DNA of 64,000 bases from Blastocatellia bacterium. Lineage in GTDB: Bacteria; Acidobacteriota; Blastocatellia; UBA7656. The notes beneath the pieces are model-generated. The model searched no databases and was not told the DNA's origin. It saw only the letters and a list, made by a program, of their open reading frames with translations. The translations under genes and the position numbers were made by a program. This document shows positions 40,150 to 49,921 of the stretch, in pieces (the stretch's first letter is position 1; every line of letters begins with the position of its first letter). The stretch is taken from the NCBI GenBank assembly GCA_963765495.1, contig CAVXWP010000008.1:768001-832000 (forward strand). Direction: 5' to 3'.

Positions 40150-40524
40150 TTATACTTTCCCGTTCAATAATTCGAGCACCTGTCCGGCAAGCGCATGCGG
40201 AAGAAACGGCTTGGTCAAATAGCAGGTCGCTCCGGCGGCTATCGCATCCGAGCGGCTGGCGTCGTCGCCTCGCGTGGTGAGCACAATTATAGGCACGTTA
40301 CGATAAAGCGTGTGTTTGCGAACGAATCCAACGACTTCAAGCCCGTGCATATCAGGCATATTCAAATCGAGGACGATCAAATCCACCGGGGCGAGCGCGA
40401 GATGTTCTATGGCTTCGAGTCCGCTTGAGGCCTCGTCAAATTTTGCCTCTGCAAGATTTCGCAGTGACGCAATTACCATCCGCCTCATTGTAGGTGAATC
40501 ATCTACTACCAGAATCCTGCTCAT
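40150..40524 (-). CDS. cheY: CheY-like response regulator
   Basis: ILVVDDS, LDLNMP and YLTKPF motifs; first gene of the che operon. Confidence 0.88.
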   Translation of the reverse strand: MSRILVVDDSPTMRRMVIASLRNLAEAKFDEASSGLEAIEHLALAPVDLIVLDLNMPDMHGLEVVGFVRKHTLYRNVPIIVLTTRGDDASRSDAIAAGATCYLTKPFLPHALAGQVLELLNGKV

Positions 40525-40682
40525 ATACCATTAGCTCTTAAGCGCAAATCAATCTCAAGCCTCCTCACGATCTCTTCCCACATCAGGGAAACAATTCTAG
40601 CACACCTTTAGCTTTTCCCGTCATGTTTGCAAAACTCAGGGTTATTCACCGATTTTACGCGATGAAGAACCTGGATATTAAT

Positions 40683-40951
40683 TTGACAGTCGTTTCAGCC
40701 CGATAAATCGGGCTTACCCGCAGGGCGCATAGGCCGGCGCTTTTAGCGCCGGTTGAGTCGTTAGCGATTTATCTAAAGGGCGCTTTAGCGTCCTTCTCCT
40801 CCGGGCTTTAGCCATCCTTTGGCTAAAGCCTGACAAGTAAGCCCGTTGAAACGGGCTCAATAGAGCCCGCAGCCTATAAAACCAGTCCTAAAAAGGACTG
40901 GCCTAATTGCCCTTCGGGGAAGCCGCCTGAAGGCGGCTCAGGATTTGTCAA
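40683..40951. repeat. Symmetric multi-hairpin (REP/REPIN-like) element
   Basis: Seven short GC-rich hairpins with long-range end pairing; bounded by TTGACA and TGTCAA. Confidence 0.7.
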
Positions 40952-41152
40952 TCTCAAATCCTAATCTTGATTTGCGTAACATCAGTTATTCATAAGGATT
41001 GAGAAGGAAATTTCCCGCAAGCTTTTGAGGTCGGACGGTTCTTTAGTTGAAGAAAGAGACTATCTAGCTGAGCGGTTTCGCTCTCATTCAAGTTCCGACT
41101 CGTGCAAAATTCAAAGGCGTCAGACCACAAATAATAAGGCGGAGGTGCATCT

Positions 41153-42814
41153 ATGAAGACCCGAAAGCTCGATAGATTAACTATTCCAAAACCCTGTTCC
41201 TCGGATTGGAAAATGATGCTGGGTGATGAGAAAAAGCGTTTTTGTTCCGAATGCAACAAGTATGTCTATGACATATCGAAATTGACCCGGACGCAGGCCG
41301 AAGCCCTTGTGGCCTCAAAGCAAGGCCAGCTTTGCGCGCGGCTGACCCGGCAGCCTGACGGCAAGGTAATTACTGAGGATATGCGGCCCGGTGTGCAATT
41401 GCTCGGTCGCAGAGCTTCCCCAATTGCAAGCGCGGTCATTACAGCCATCCTGGGACTCAACTCCGGCGCGCTTGCATACTCCTCAGCTCATCCTTCGGAG
41501 CCCGTTCCCACCCATTCATATGGTGAAAGGGGAGATAAGGAGCGGGCTGACCCGCAAAATCCTCTGGCCTCTCTCTCGGGGACTATCCAGGACCCGTCAG
41601 GCGCAGTGATCCCAAACTGTAACATTACGCTCAAGAATCTGATCACGGGCGATGAGCAAAAAACCACATCATCTGAATCGGGAGAGTATCGTTTTTTCCT
41701 GATCGAGCCGGGCCGGTACACTCTTATTGCCGCAGCCCAGGGCTTTAGCGTGTTTACCCTTGAAGAAATAGCACTGGTAGCAGGGGAAGAACGCCGCATT
41801 GATGTATCAATGGATTTATTGATGGCGACGATGGGCGGCGCTATTGTGGCTCAACCCGAACCGTTGCGCGCGCTATATGATGGAAGCGATCTGGTAGTGA
41901 TCGCTCGCGTCGGCAAATCGACTCGGATGGGGAATGAAAAAGACGCGACGGTGCGAACCGAACTTCACGTTCTCTCGACGCTCAAAGGAGATTCCTCGGA
42001 ACAGGTGATACATCTCGATGATCTGAGCTACTATGATGAAAATCCAAGGTTCAATAAAGGCGACAATCTGCTTCTGTTTCTTGAAAGCCGTCAGACCGAA
42101 GAAGAGGAAGGGGTAGAGAGCGGCTATGAATTAAAGGGTTACTCACGCGGGGCCAGAAAGCTTTCCGAATCAGACATGGATGTCTATCGCCGTCGAATAG
42201 AGGAACTCAATGCCATTGAGAAACAGGATGGGTCAAAGACCGAAGCCCTGGTCGAGTGGCTTGTACGCTGTGTCGAAGAACAAGCGACAAGGTGGGAAGG
42301 AGGCTTTGAGCTTGAGGCGAGCAACTCCAAACTGTGTGGCTCTGGAAGTGGAGCCAATAGAACTTCCGTCCTGATCGATGAAGTGGGGAGTTTCAATTTC
42401 GCGGCCCTGCTCACCCCTGAACAAAAAGACCGCATCACGGCGACCCTCTTCAATGTGGACCAGATTACGGAAGATGAGTTGCCGCTTGTAGAGATAATCG
42501 CAACATGGAACGACCCGAGATTTCTTCCATTCCTGATGGCGCAACTTCGCCTTATGCAAGCAGACCCGCCCCCCTTAGCAGAATCTCTATTGCAGACCGT
42601 AGCGGACGCGCTCGATGATGAAGATGTCACCCGCTTAGCCGATCAATACCTCCAAAACTCGACTTACGATGATGAGGAAGATGATGCGGGGGAAGAGGGC
42701 GAGGCATCAGATCAAACTCAACGGGAAGCTTCCGCATCACTTCAGGCTTCACAAATTCGCAGCAAAATGCTTGGAGACTTTCTGGTAGTCGCACAAAGCA
42801 AGATCAAAGACTGA
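41153..42814 (+). CDS. Hypothetical protein: Cys-motif N-terminus plus carboxypeptidase-regulatory-like domain
   Basis: PCSSDW..M.GD...RFCSECNK.VYD...LCAR; hydrophobic segment; GTIQDPSGAVIP...GEYRF....PGRY..GF domain. Confidence 0.75.
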   Translation: MKTRKLDRLTIPKPCSSDWKMMLGDEKKRFCSECNKYVYDISKLTRTQAEALVASKQGQLCARLTRQPDGKVITEDMRPGVQLLGRRASPIASAVITAILGLNSGALAYSSAHPSEPVPTHSYGERGDKERADPQNPLASLSGTIQDPSGAVIPNCNITLKNLITGDEQKTTSSESGEYRFFLIEPGRYTLIAAAQGFSVFTLEEIALVAGEERRIDVSMDLLMATMGGAIVAQPEPLRALYDGSDLVVIARVGKSTRMGNEKDATVRTELHVLSTLKGDSSEQVIHLDDLSYYDENPRFNKGDNLLLFLESRQTEEEEGVESGYELKGYSRGARKLSESDMDVYRRRIEELNAIEKQDGSKTEALVEWLVRCVEEQATRWEGGFELEASNSKLCGSGSGANRTSVLIDEVGSFNFAALLTPEQKDRITATLFNVDQITEDELPLVEIIATWNDPRFLPFLMAQLRLMQADPPPLAESLLQTVADALDDEDVTRLADQYLQNSTYDDEEDDAGEEGEASDQTQREASASLQASQIRSKMLGDFLVVAQSKIKD

Positions 42815-43085
42815 AGCGTGAAATACCTCTCTGATCTCCCCTGAATTGTCTGTCTTGTGAGGGTCTCCCGGCGACCCTCACATCTCTTCAACAAACATTG
42901 TTTGCCCGACTAAACTATTTTTCAATTTACGATCCCGTAATCGAATAATCCCATATCGTGTAGAGAGAGTCCTATGCTTTATGGGACCGAGCTTTAGAAT
43001 CAAGGGGATAGCGGTCTTCTATTCTGGCACAGGAGTTGAAGTTGGTTTATTACGTTGAAGGCCCGTGCATAAAGGGAGAAACATT

Positions 43086-43379
43086 ATGGAAAACCATTTT
43101 ACACTGACAAGTGCCGCAAACGATAACAGATCAATCCTCTGCATAGATGACGATCAAGACATGCGTGACAGGCTTGCCGCGCTGCTGGAAATGGCGAATT
43201 TCAAAGTCTCGTTGGCCAAATCCGTAAGTGAAGCATTGACACTCGCAAAGCAGGGCAGGTTTGACCTGATACTTTTGGATTCGTATTTATCGGATGGCAG
43301 GACCCTTTGCAGACAAATCCGCGAATTCGATCAGCGCACGCCCATCCTTTACTATACGGGCGAGGCTCGATATGCATGA
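43086..43379 (+). pseudogene. Truncated receiver-domain gene
   Basis: ILCIDDD, DLILLD and PILYYTG, then a stop before the conserved Lys-Pro (beta5) region. Confidence 0.55.
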
Positions 43380-43754
43380 TGGCGGGCCAAGAGGCATTCT
43401 ACATCTGGAGTTAGCGCAGGCAATTCTTAAAGAAAAGCTTTGGGCACTTTGCGAGAAACGGTCTTTCGCAAAGTGCCCAAAGCTTTTCATCAAACAAGAT
43501 GAACTGCCCTAATGATCCTGACATGCGTTATCCACTCAATCCTGGCCGGGGCCTTCTTTGTGCGGCCAATCTAATGTGATAGTATCCCACAAGTTCTCAA
43601 ACACAATTTGACCGGAACCAGAGCCTGTGACCAGCGGCAGCCGCGATGCTCGCGGATGTTTGCTCGCTCTGGGGGTGCCCTGAACGAATCTCTATTTCAC
43701 ACGAGTGACGGGCCAGGGCTAACGAGCCTTATCGGCTAGAGAAGGAGTCTGACC

Positions 43755-45203
43755 ATGAAGGAATCAAAGAAGGTTCAACCTAAAGATAAATCGCGTAGAG
43801 ATTTCGTCAAGATGGCAACTGCAGGAACCCTTGCAGCGGGGTCAGCCTCGATTATTACAACGCGAGCACATGGCTCCCCCAAGACTTTTGTACTGAAGCC
43901 GGAAGAGGAGTCAAACAGACAGGTGTCGGCCAATGATCGCATTCGGATCGCGTTAGTAGGCGCAGGGGGTATGGGATTCGGAGATACGGAAACGGCATTG
44001 CGGGTCAAGGGCGTAGAAATGGTCGCGGCGGCAGACATCTATGATGGTCGATTGATCCGCGCGAAAGAGGTTTTCGGCAAAGACATTTTCACAACGCGTG
44101 ATTACCGTGAAATACTGGCTCGGCCCGATATTGACGCCTTGATCGTCGCTACGCCCGATCACTGGCATTCTCAAATCTCTATTGACGCGATGAAGGCGGG
44201 CAAGGATGTATATTGCGAAAAGCCTATGGTTCAAAAGGTCAGCGAGGGCTGGCCGGTAATCGAAGCGCAAAAACAGACCGGGAGGGTCTTTCAGGTAGGC
44301 AGCCAGTTTGTCAGTTCAGTCATTTACAAAAAGGCTAAGGAACTGATCTCTTCCGGCGCAATCGGGGACCTCAATCTCGTAGACGGGTCGCTATCACGGC
44401 GATCCGCCCTGAGCGCATGGCAGTACCCGATTCCGCCCGATGCTTCACCCGAAAACATCGACTGGGATCGCTTCCTCGGGCAGGCTCCCAAAGTCCCATT
44501 TGAGCCGATTCGACTCTTCCGTTGGCGCAACTACCGCGATTACGGGACAGGGATCGGCGGCGACCTTTTTGTGCATCAGTTCTCAAGCCTTCATTACGCC
44601 ACGGGGTCAAAAGGCCCGTCACGCGTCTTTGCCACGGGGGGCATCAGATTCTGGAATGACGGGCGCGACGTGCCCGACATCCTGCTCGGTCTTTTCGATT
44701 ATCCGAAGACGGAGACGCATCCGGCGTTTAATGTCAATCTTCGCGTAAATTTCGTGGATGGAGGAATAGATCGTACCGGGTGGGGCGGCCCCTGGCTCTA
44801 CCGCTTCGTAGGCAGCGAAGCAGTGCTTGAGATCGGAGGCGACGGTCTGACCCTTGTACGCAGACCGGCGGCCAGAGCGCCCGATCCGCCCTACGGCGTC
44901 TTCCCCGAAGCCTTGCAGGAGCGGATGATAAAGGAGTTCAACGAAAAATACCCACAGGGCGAGCCTGAAATCAGAACCGTCAACGATGAAAGATACCTGG
45001 AGCCACACGATTACGACGCGCGGCTTGAACATTTCAAGAACTTCTTCCGGGCGATGCGCACCCGCGAGAAGATTGTTGAAGATTCTGAGTTTGGATTCCG
45101 GGCCGCGGCTCCCGCTCTGCTTGCCAACATCAGTTATTTCGAAAATCGAATTGGCGAGTGGGATCCCGAGACGATGAGACTGAAGGAGATGGCAAAGCGA
45201 TAA
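43755..45203 (+). CDS. Tat-exported Gfo/Idh/MocA oxidoreductase
   Basis: SRRDFVK Tat motif; GAGGMG, ATPDHWH, YCEKP and QVGSQ motifs. Confidence 0.92.
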   Translation: MKESKKVQPKDKSRRDFVKMATAGTLAAGSASIITTRAHGSPKTFVLKPEEESNRQVSANDRIRIALVGAGGMGFGDTETALRVKGVEMVAAADIYDGRLIRAKEVFGKDIFTTRDYREILARPDIDALIVATPDHWHSQISIDAMKAGKDVYCEKPMVQKVSEGWPVIEAQKQTGRVFQVGSQFVSSVIYKKAKELISSGAIGDLNLVDGSLSRRSALSAWQYPIPPDASPENIDWDRFLGQAPKVPFEPIRLFRWRNYRDYGTGIGGDLFVHQFSSLHYATGSKGPSRVFATGGIRFWNDGRDVPDILLGLFDYPKTETHPAFNVNLRVNFVDGGIDRTGWGGPWLYRFVGSEAVLEIGGDGLTLVRRPAARAPDPPYGVFPEALQERMIKEFNEKYPQGEPEIRTVNDERYLEPHDYDARLEHFKNFFRAMRTREKIVEDSEFGFRAAAPALLANISYFENRIGEWDPETMRLKEMAKR

Positions 45204-45325
45204 ACCGGATCAAGAGACAGTTCGGCAAAGAGACTTGCCACAAATACACCGAGCCACATAGAATTCCTTCTGTTTTCAGGTATTTTTTGTGACCCTCGTG
45301 TAAGAGAAGGAGTTGAATTAACACT

Positions 45326-46093
45326 ATGTCGCAAGCAAAAATCGCATCCGTAAAAGACAGGGTTTCGCAGGAAGAATGGCAGGCTCGCATTGATCTGGCC
45401 GCTGCCTATCGGCTCGTAGCCCATTATGGCTGGGACGATCTGGTTTTTACTCACATATCGTCCCGCGTGCCCGGCCCTGAACACCATTTTCTTATCAATC
45501 CATACGGGTTGATGTTTGACGAGATCACGGCGTCAAGTCTTGTTAAGGTTGACCTGGAAGGCAAAATCGTCTTGGAGACTCCCTACCAGATCAATCCCGC
45601 CGGGTTCACAATCCACAGCGCCGTCCACGCGGCACGCGAAGACGCTCTCTGCGTCCTTCATCTTCACACGGTTCACGGCGTAGCCGTCTCCGCGCAGAAA
45701 GATGGATTGCTGCCGATCTCACAACATTCCATGTTTCCCCTGGCCTCGATTGGCTATCACGATTATGAAGGGCTGGCTCTGAACAAAGAGGAAAAACCCC
45801 GACTCGTGGCGGACCTCGGAACCAATATCCATTTGATTTTGAAGAATCACGGCCTGCTGACCGTAGGCCCCTCACCCGCTGACGCATTCCTTGCGATGTA
45901 CAACTTGCAACGCTCCTGCGAGATTCAGATTCTCGCTCAATCGGGCGGCTCGGAACTCGTGTCAATTCCGCGTCCGATCCTAGACGGAGTAGCCTCGCAG
46001 CTTCAGGCAGTAACAAAGGGGCTGGGCGCGGGGCTTGTATGGCCGGGTCTGCTGCGCAAACTTGACAGGATTGACCCTTCATTCCGGGATTAG
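45326..46093 (+). CDS. Class II aldolase/adducin family protein
   Basis: THIS.RVPG, GFTIHSAVH, LHLHT and NHGLL motifs. Confidence 0.92.
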   Translation: MSQAKIASVKDRVSQEEWQARIDLAAAYRLVAHYGWDDLVFTHISSRVPGPEHHFLINPYGLMFDEITASSLVKVDLEGKIVLETPYQINPAGFTIHSAVHAAREDALCVLHLHTVHGVAVSAQKDGLLPISQHSMFPLASIGYHDYEGLALNKEEKPRLVADLGTNIHLILKNHGLLTVGPSPADAFLAMYNLQRSCEIQILAQSGGSELVSIPRPILDGVASQLQAVTKGLGAGLVWPGLLRKLDRIDPSFRD

Positions 46094-46100
46094 AATCTAT

Positions 46101-46163
46101 TTTATTGACAGGATTAACAGGGATAGAAATCTTGTCGAATCTCCTGTTAATCCTGTCAATAAA
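46101..46163. repeat. Perfect 21-bp inverted repeat (TGACAGGATT family); possible terminator
   Basis: TTTATTGACAGGATTAACAGG and CCTGTTAATCCTGTCAATAAA. Confidence 0.85.
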
Positions 46164-46186
46164 TGCCCTGCTACTTTTTCAGAAGT

Positions 46187-47227
46187 ATGATTCGTATTCT
46201 GCCATTTATCCTTGTCACTGGATTGGTATTTCCTCAAAAGAGCGGCGCTTTCAGGCCTCTGAGCGCCGCCCTGAACCAGACCCAATCTACCCCTTCGAAA
46301 GAGGACCGGCCTCTTCTGAGACCCGAATCGATTTCCCCTTATTTTATCGAATGGTATATGGACCTGCACGAAGGCGTTGATCTGAAGCAGATATGGCATT
46401 CGCTCGGAATAAAGCGCCCCGGCAGTAAACCAATCAGATGCGGTGATGACTGTCTCACTGATACCTTCGACATAGCGATTGAAGGCGAACCGCAGGGGGA
46501 TACAGTCGCACTCGAGATTTCATTGGAGAGCAGCGATTTCTATCAGTACATTATTTTCAAGAAACAGGTCGTTGATTCACCCGGCGGCGCAAAGTGGGAG
46601 TGCATCGGCGCTATCGACTCTGAGAGCCAGACGGCTCATCCGCCTACGTATCGCATCGAGCGCGGAGATGGCCGAACATGGTTTGTTTTGCGCGAGCAAT
46701 TGGAGAGCCAGTCAGGTGCGAAAGTCTTCGGCGAGGTATGGTATGAAATAGCCGGTCGAGAGGTGAAGAGAGTCTTATCATATCCAATCGAAGGGCAAAT
46801 AGAGGGTTGTAATCGGCCACTCGGGCGCTCCTACAAATCAATAGTTTCCCGTCACGGGCTCGTGAATGGGAGGTACACGGTTCCGGTTCAATTCCTGATT
46901 ACGTATAACCTCCCGGATTGCGACAGGCCGGAATATGCTCCCGCGCTCTTTGCGAAGGGGCAGAAGGCCTCCTTTGTCTGGAGCGAAGAAAAACAACGAT
47001 TCATTCTCGATAAAGCAGAATCCGAAATAACGGATGAAGAATTGAATAATGTTTATGGTGGCGAAAGCCTGAGTAAAGGGCAGGTCGTAGAATATAATTT
47101 TCAGGAGCTTTTAGAGATCGCAAAAAGCGGCAGCCCCGAAAAGCGCGAGTGGCTAAAACAGTTTCTTACCGGCGTCGAGCCGAGCAGGATCAAAACAACT
47201 CTGCAACAGGCTCTCAGTAAGATTTGA
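46187..47227 (+). CDS. Hypothetical exported protein
   Basis: Long ORF with a signal-peptide-like N-terminus; no family recognised. Confidence 0.65.
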   Translation: MIRILPFILVTGLVFPQKSGAFRPLSAALNQTQSTPSKEDRPLLRPESISPYFIEWYMDLHEGVDLKQIWHSLGIKRPGSKPIRCGDDCLTDTFDIAIEGEPQGDTVALEISLESSDFYQYIIFKKQVVDSPGGAKWECIGAIDSESQTAHPPTYRIERGDGRTWFVLREQLESQSGAKVFGEVWYEIAGREVKRVLSYPIEGQIEGCNRPLGRSYKSIVSRHGLVNGRYTVPVQFLITYNLPDCDRPEYAPALFAKGQKASFVWSEEKQRFILDKAESEITDEELNNVYGGESLSKGQVVEYNFQELLEIAKSGSPEKREWLKQFLTGVEPSRIKTTLQQALSKI

Positions 47228-47255
47228 GATTTGAAATATCGGGTGTCACAACCGA

Positions 47256-47750
47256 CTACGATTTCTTAACAAGCAATTTGTATATGGTCGGATATTGATT
47301 CTTCTCGTCTCCGGGGTGAAAAGTAGACTCCTTCTCAATCCAACCATTCATATCCCATTCGGGGAAAAAAGTGTCGGCATCGACTCTTGCAAGCACCTGA
47401 GTCAAATACAACCGATCAGCTACTCCAAGCGTCAGGGCATAAATTTCAGCGCCTCCGCAAATAAAGACCTCGCTTTCGCCTCTTTCGCGCGCCAGATTGA
47501 CAGCCTCTTCTACCGAGTGAACTATGAAACAGCCTTCGGCTTTAAATTCTTGATCTCTGGTTACGATTACCGTCTGTCTCCCCGGCAGTGGCTTGCCGAT
47601 GGATTCAAATGTTTTCCTGCCGACTATAATGTGGTGCCCCATTGTCAGTTCGCGAAACCTTTTCAGATCCGAAGAGAGTCGCCAGGGCAGGGTGTTTCCC
47701 TTCCCTATTCCTCGCTCCTCATCCATTGCGACGATCAGGGAAACTATCAA
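47256..47750 (-). CDS. folA: Dihydrofolate reductase
   Basis: [37 protein letters not shown] and DTFFP motifs. Confidence 0.96.
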   Translation of the reverse strand: MIVSLIVAMDEERGIGKGNTLPWRLSSDLKRFRELTMGHHIIVGRKTFESIGKPLPGRQTVIVTRDQEFKAEGCFIVHSVEEAVNLARERGESEVFICGGAEIYALTLGVADRLYLTQVLARVDADTFFPEWDMNGWIEKESTFHPGDEKNQYPTIYKLLVKKS

Positions 47751-48541
47751 ACCGCCACCTCCGCCTTTATATGCGGATGTGCCTCGTAGCCGACTAGCTC
47801 GAAATCTTCATAGTCGAAATCAAAGATTGATTTCACATCCGGGTTGATCTTCATCTGCGGAAGATCATAGGGTTTGCGCGAAAGCTGAAGCCTTGCCTGT
47901 TCCAGATGATTCACATAAAGGTGCGCGTCTCCGAGTGTGTGGATAAAGTCTCCGTACTTCAATTCGCACACCCGGGCGATCATCATCGTGAGCAATGCGT
48001 ATGAGGCTATGTTGAACGGGACGCCCAGAAAGACATCCGCGGACCTTTGATACAACTGACAGGAGAGCCTGCCTTCGGCAACATAGAACTGAAACATAGT
48101 GTGGCAGGGCGGAAGCGCCATTCGCTCAATTTCGCCTACGTTCCACGCGCTGACGATCAGCCGTCGGGAATCGGGATCTGTTTTTATTTGATGTATGAGT
48201 TCGGAAATCTGATCTCTCGTCTGACCATCAGAGGTTTTCCAAGACCTCCATTGAGCGCCGTAAACCGGACCCAGATCACCCTGCTCGTCAGCCCATTCAT
48301 TCCAGATATTCACGCCATGATCTCGAAGATAGTTGATGTTTGTATCGCCACGCAAAAACCACAGCAACTCGTAGATGATCGATTTTGTGTGGAGTCGCTT
48401 TGTAGTAACCAGGGGGAATCCCCTGTTGAGATCGAAGCGCATCTGATAGCCAAAGACTGACAGCGTTCCTGTCCCCGTGCGGTCTTCTTTTCTAACCCCG
48501 TCATCGAGAATATGTCTCATCAAATCCAGATATTGCCGCAT
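47747..48541 (-). CDS. thyA: Thymidylate synthase
   Basis: DRTGTGT, ELLWFL, LPPCH, YQRSAD.FLGVPFN and DAHLY motifs. Confidence 0.97.
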   Translation of the reverse strand: MRQYLDLMRHILDDGVRKEDRTGTGTLSVFGYQMRFDLNRGFPLVTTKRLHTKSIIYELLWFLRGDTNINYLRDHGVNIWNEWADEQGDLGPVYGAQWRSWKTSDGQTRDQISELIHQIKTDPDSRRLIVSAWNVGEIERMALPPCHTMFQFYVAEGRLSCQLYQRSADVFLGVPFNIASYALLTMMIARVCELKYGDFIHTLGDAHLYVNHLEQARLQLSRKPYDLPQMKINPDVKSIFDFDYEDFELVGYEAHPHIKAEVAV

Positions 48542-48582
48542 GGTCAAACTCCTAAAGTACGTGGTGTGGATTCTCTTCCCTA

Positions 48583-49257
48583 TCAAGGAGAAAGCCGCTC
48601 GATAATCCAGTTTCCGTCTTCAAGACGAGTATACCTGAATCTGTCGTGAAGCCGGCCCGGCCGGTTCTGCCAGAATTCGAGCACGTCGGGCGCGAGCCTG
48701 TAGCCTCCCCAGAAGGGAGGCAACGGTACCTCTTCATCAGGGTATTCTGCTTCAAGGTCTCGCATAGCCTCTTCGAGCAGGGCGCGGTTTTCTATTACCC
48801 GGCTCTGCTTCGAGGCCCACGCAGCAAGGCGGCTCTCTTTCGGGCGAGTCTTGAAATAGGTTTCCGATTCTTCTTTTGACACCCGGCTCACACGCCCTTC
48901 TATGCGAATCTGGCGATCCAGTTCCGCCCAATAAAATACAAGAGCCGCCCTCGGGTTCTGATCAAGATCGGAAGCCTTGCGGCTCTCATAGTTTGTGAAA
49001 AAAACGAACCCGCGTTCGTCAAATCCCTTTAGCAGCACCATCCGCGCCGAAGGCTTGCCCGCAGGCGATGCCGTGGCCAGAGTCATAGCGTCCGGCAACT
49101 TTGACACAACAGCCTCAGCCCTTGCAAACCACTCCCCGAACTGCTCAAAAGGGTTCGCCGCCATTTGCTCTCTTCGCAACCCCGCTTCTTGTCCTTCGTC
49201 GTAATCAACCATCCCCTTTATCTCTTCTCTCTTGTTTCGGTGTCGGAAACTTTTCAA
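48583..49257 (-). CDS. pdxH: Pyridoxine/pyridoxamine 5'-phosphate oxidase
   Basis: [21 protein letters not shown] and [12 protein letters not shown] motifs. Confidence 0.95.
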   Translation of the reverse strand: MKSFRHRNKREEIKGMVDYDEGQEAGLRREQMAANPFEQFGEWFARAEAVVSKLPDAMTLATASPAGKPSARMVLLKGFDERGFVFFTNYESRKASDLDQNPRAALVFYWAELDRQIRIEGRVSRVSKEESETYFKTRPKESRLAAWASKQSRVIENRALLEEAMRDLEAEYPDEEVPLPPFWGGYRLAPDVLEFWQNRPGRLHDRFRYTRLEDGNWIIERLSP

Positions 49258-49745
49258 TGCTGTTCAATAGCCGCTTCAACCTCTTCGACTGGCAGTATCT
49301 GGCGCAATATATTCGGATTGATCGCCACCAGAAAACCTCGCTTGCCGCCGTTGATGTATATTTTCTCAAGATCAAATACCGAACGCTCAACATAAACGGG
49401 CAGCGCCTTGCGCGTCCCGAAGGGGCTTGTCCCGCCCACCATGTACCCCGTATGCTTTTGCGCTGTCGAAGGCTCGCAAGGCGTTACGCTTTTTGAGCCA
49501 ATCGCTCGCGCAAGCGCCTTCGTAGAAACCTCGCGATCACCGTGCATTAGCACTAGAAGCGGGTCTCGCATCTCGGTCTCCATCACAAGCGTTTTGATGA
49601 CATTGTGTTCAGGCACGCCAAGCGAGGCCGCCGATACCCTGGTGCCGCCGCGTTCTTCGTAGTCGTACAGGCACGGTTCAAAGCTGATCTTCTTTTGCCG
49701 CAGCATTCTGATGGCCGGGGTAACCGGATAATCACCCTTCTGCAT
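49254..49745 (-). CDS. ybaK: Cys-tRNA(Pro) deacylase
   Basis: TPAIR, KTLV, TGYMVGGTSPFG and NGGKRG motifs. Confidence 0.9.
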   Translation of the reverse strand: MQKGDYPVTPAIRMLRQKKISFEPCLYDYEERGGTRVSAASLGVPEHNVIKTLVMETEMRDPLLVLMHGDREVSTKALARAIGSKSVTPCEPSTAQKHTGYMVGGTSPFGTRKALPVYVERSVFDLEKIYINGGKRGFLVAINPNILRQILPVEEVEAAIEQH

Positions 49746-49921
49746 GCAATTCCCCTCTTCGAGCAAATCCTAGCAGCAACCAACCTGATTGCATAGCGGA
49801 CAATTGTAGGTCGTCCATCCGCAACAAATTTGAGATTTGAAAGCTCCAAATGATGCGCCCTGTTGGCAATGGACAACAGACCACTGACTACAGACAAACT
49901 TTCCACTATAATCACTGCTCT

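Noticed and set aside
43625-43690. SAM or TPP riboswitch (CGGCAGCC...GGTGCC; GGGGTGC...CTGA)
   Set aside because: Core elements are missing and the downstream gene does not fit either regulon.
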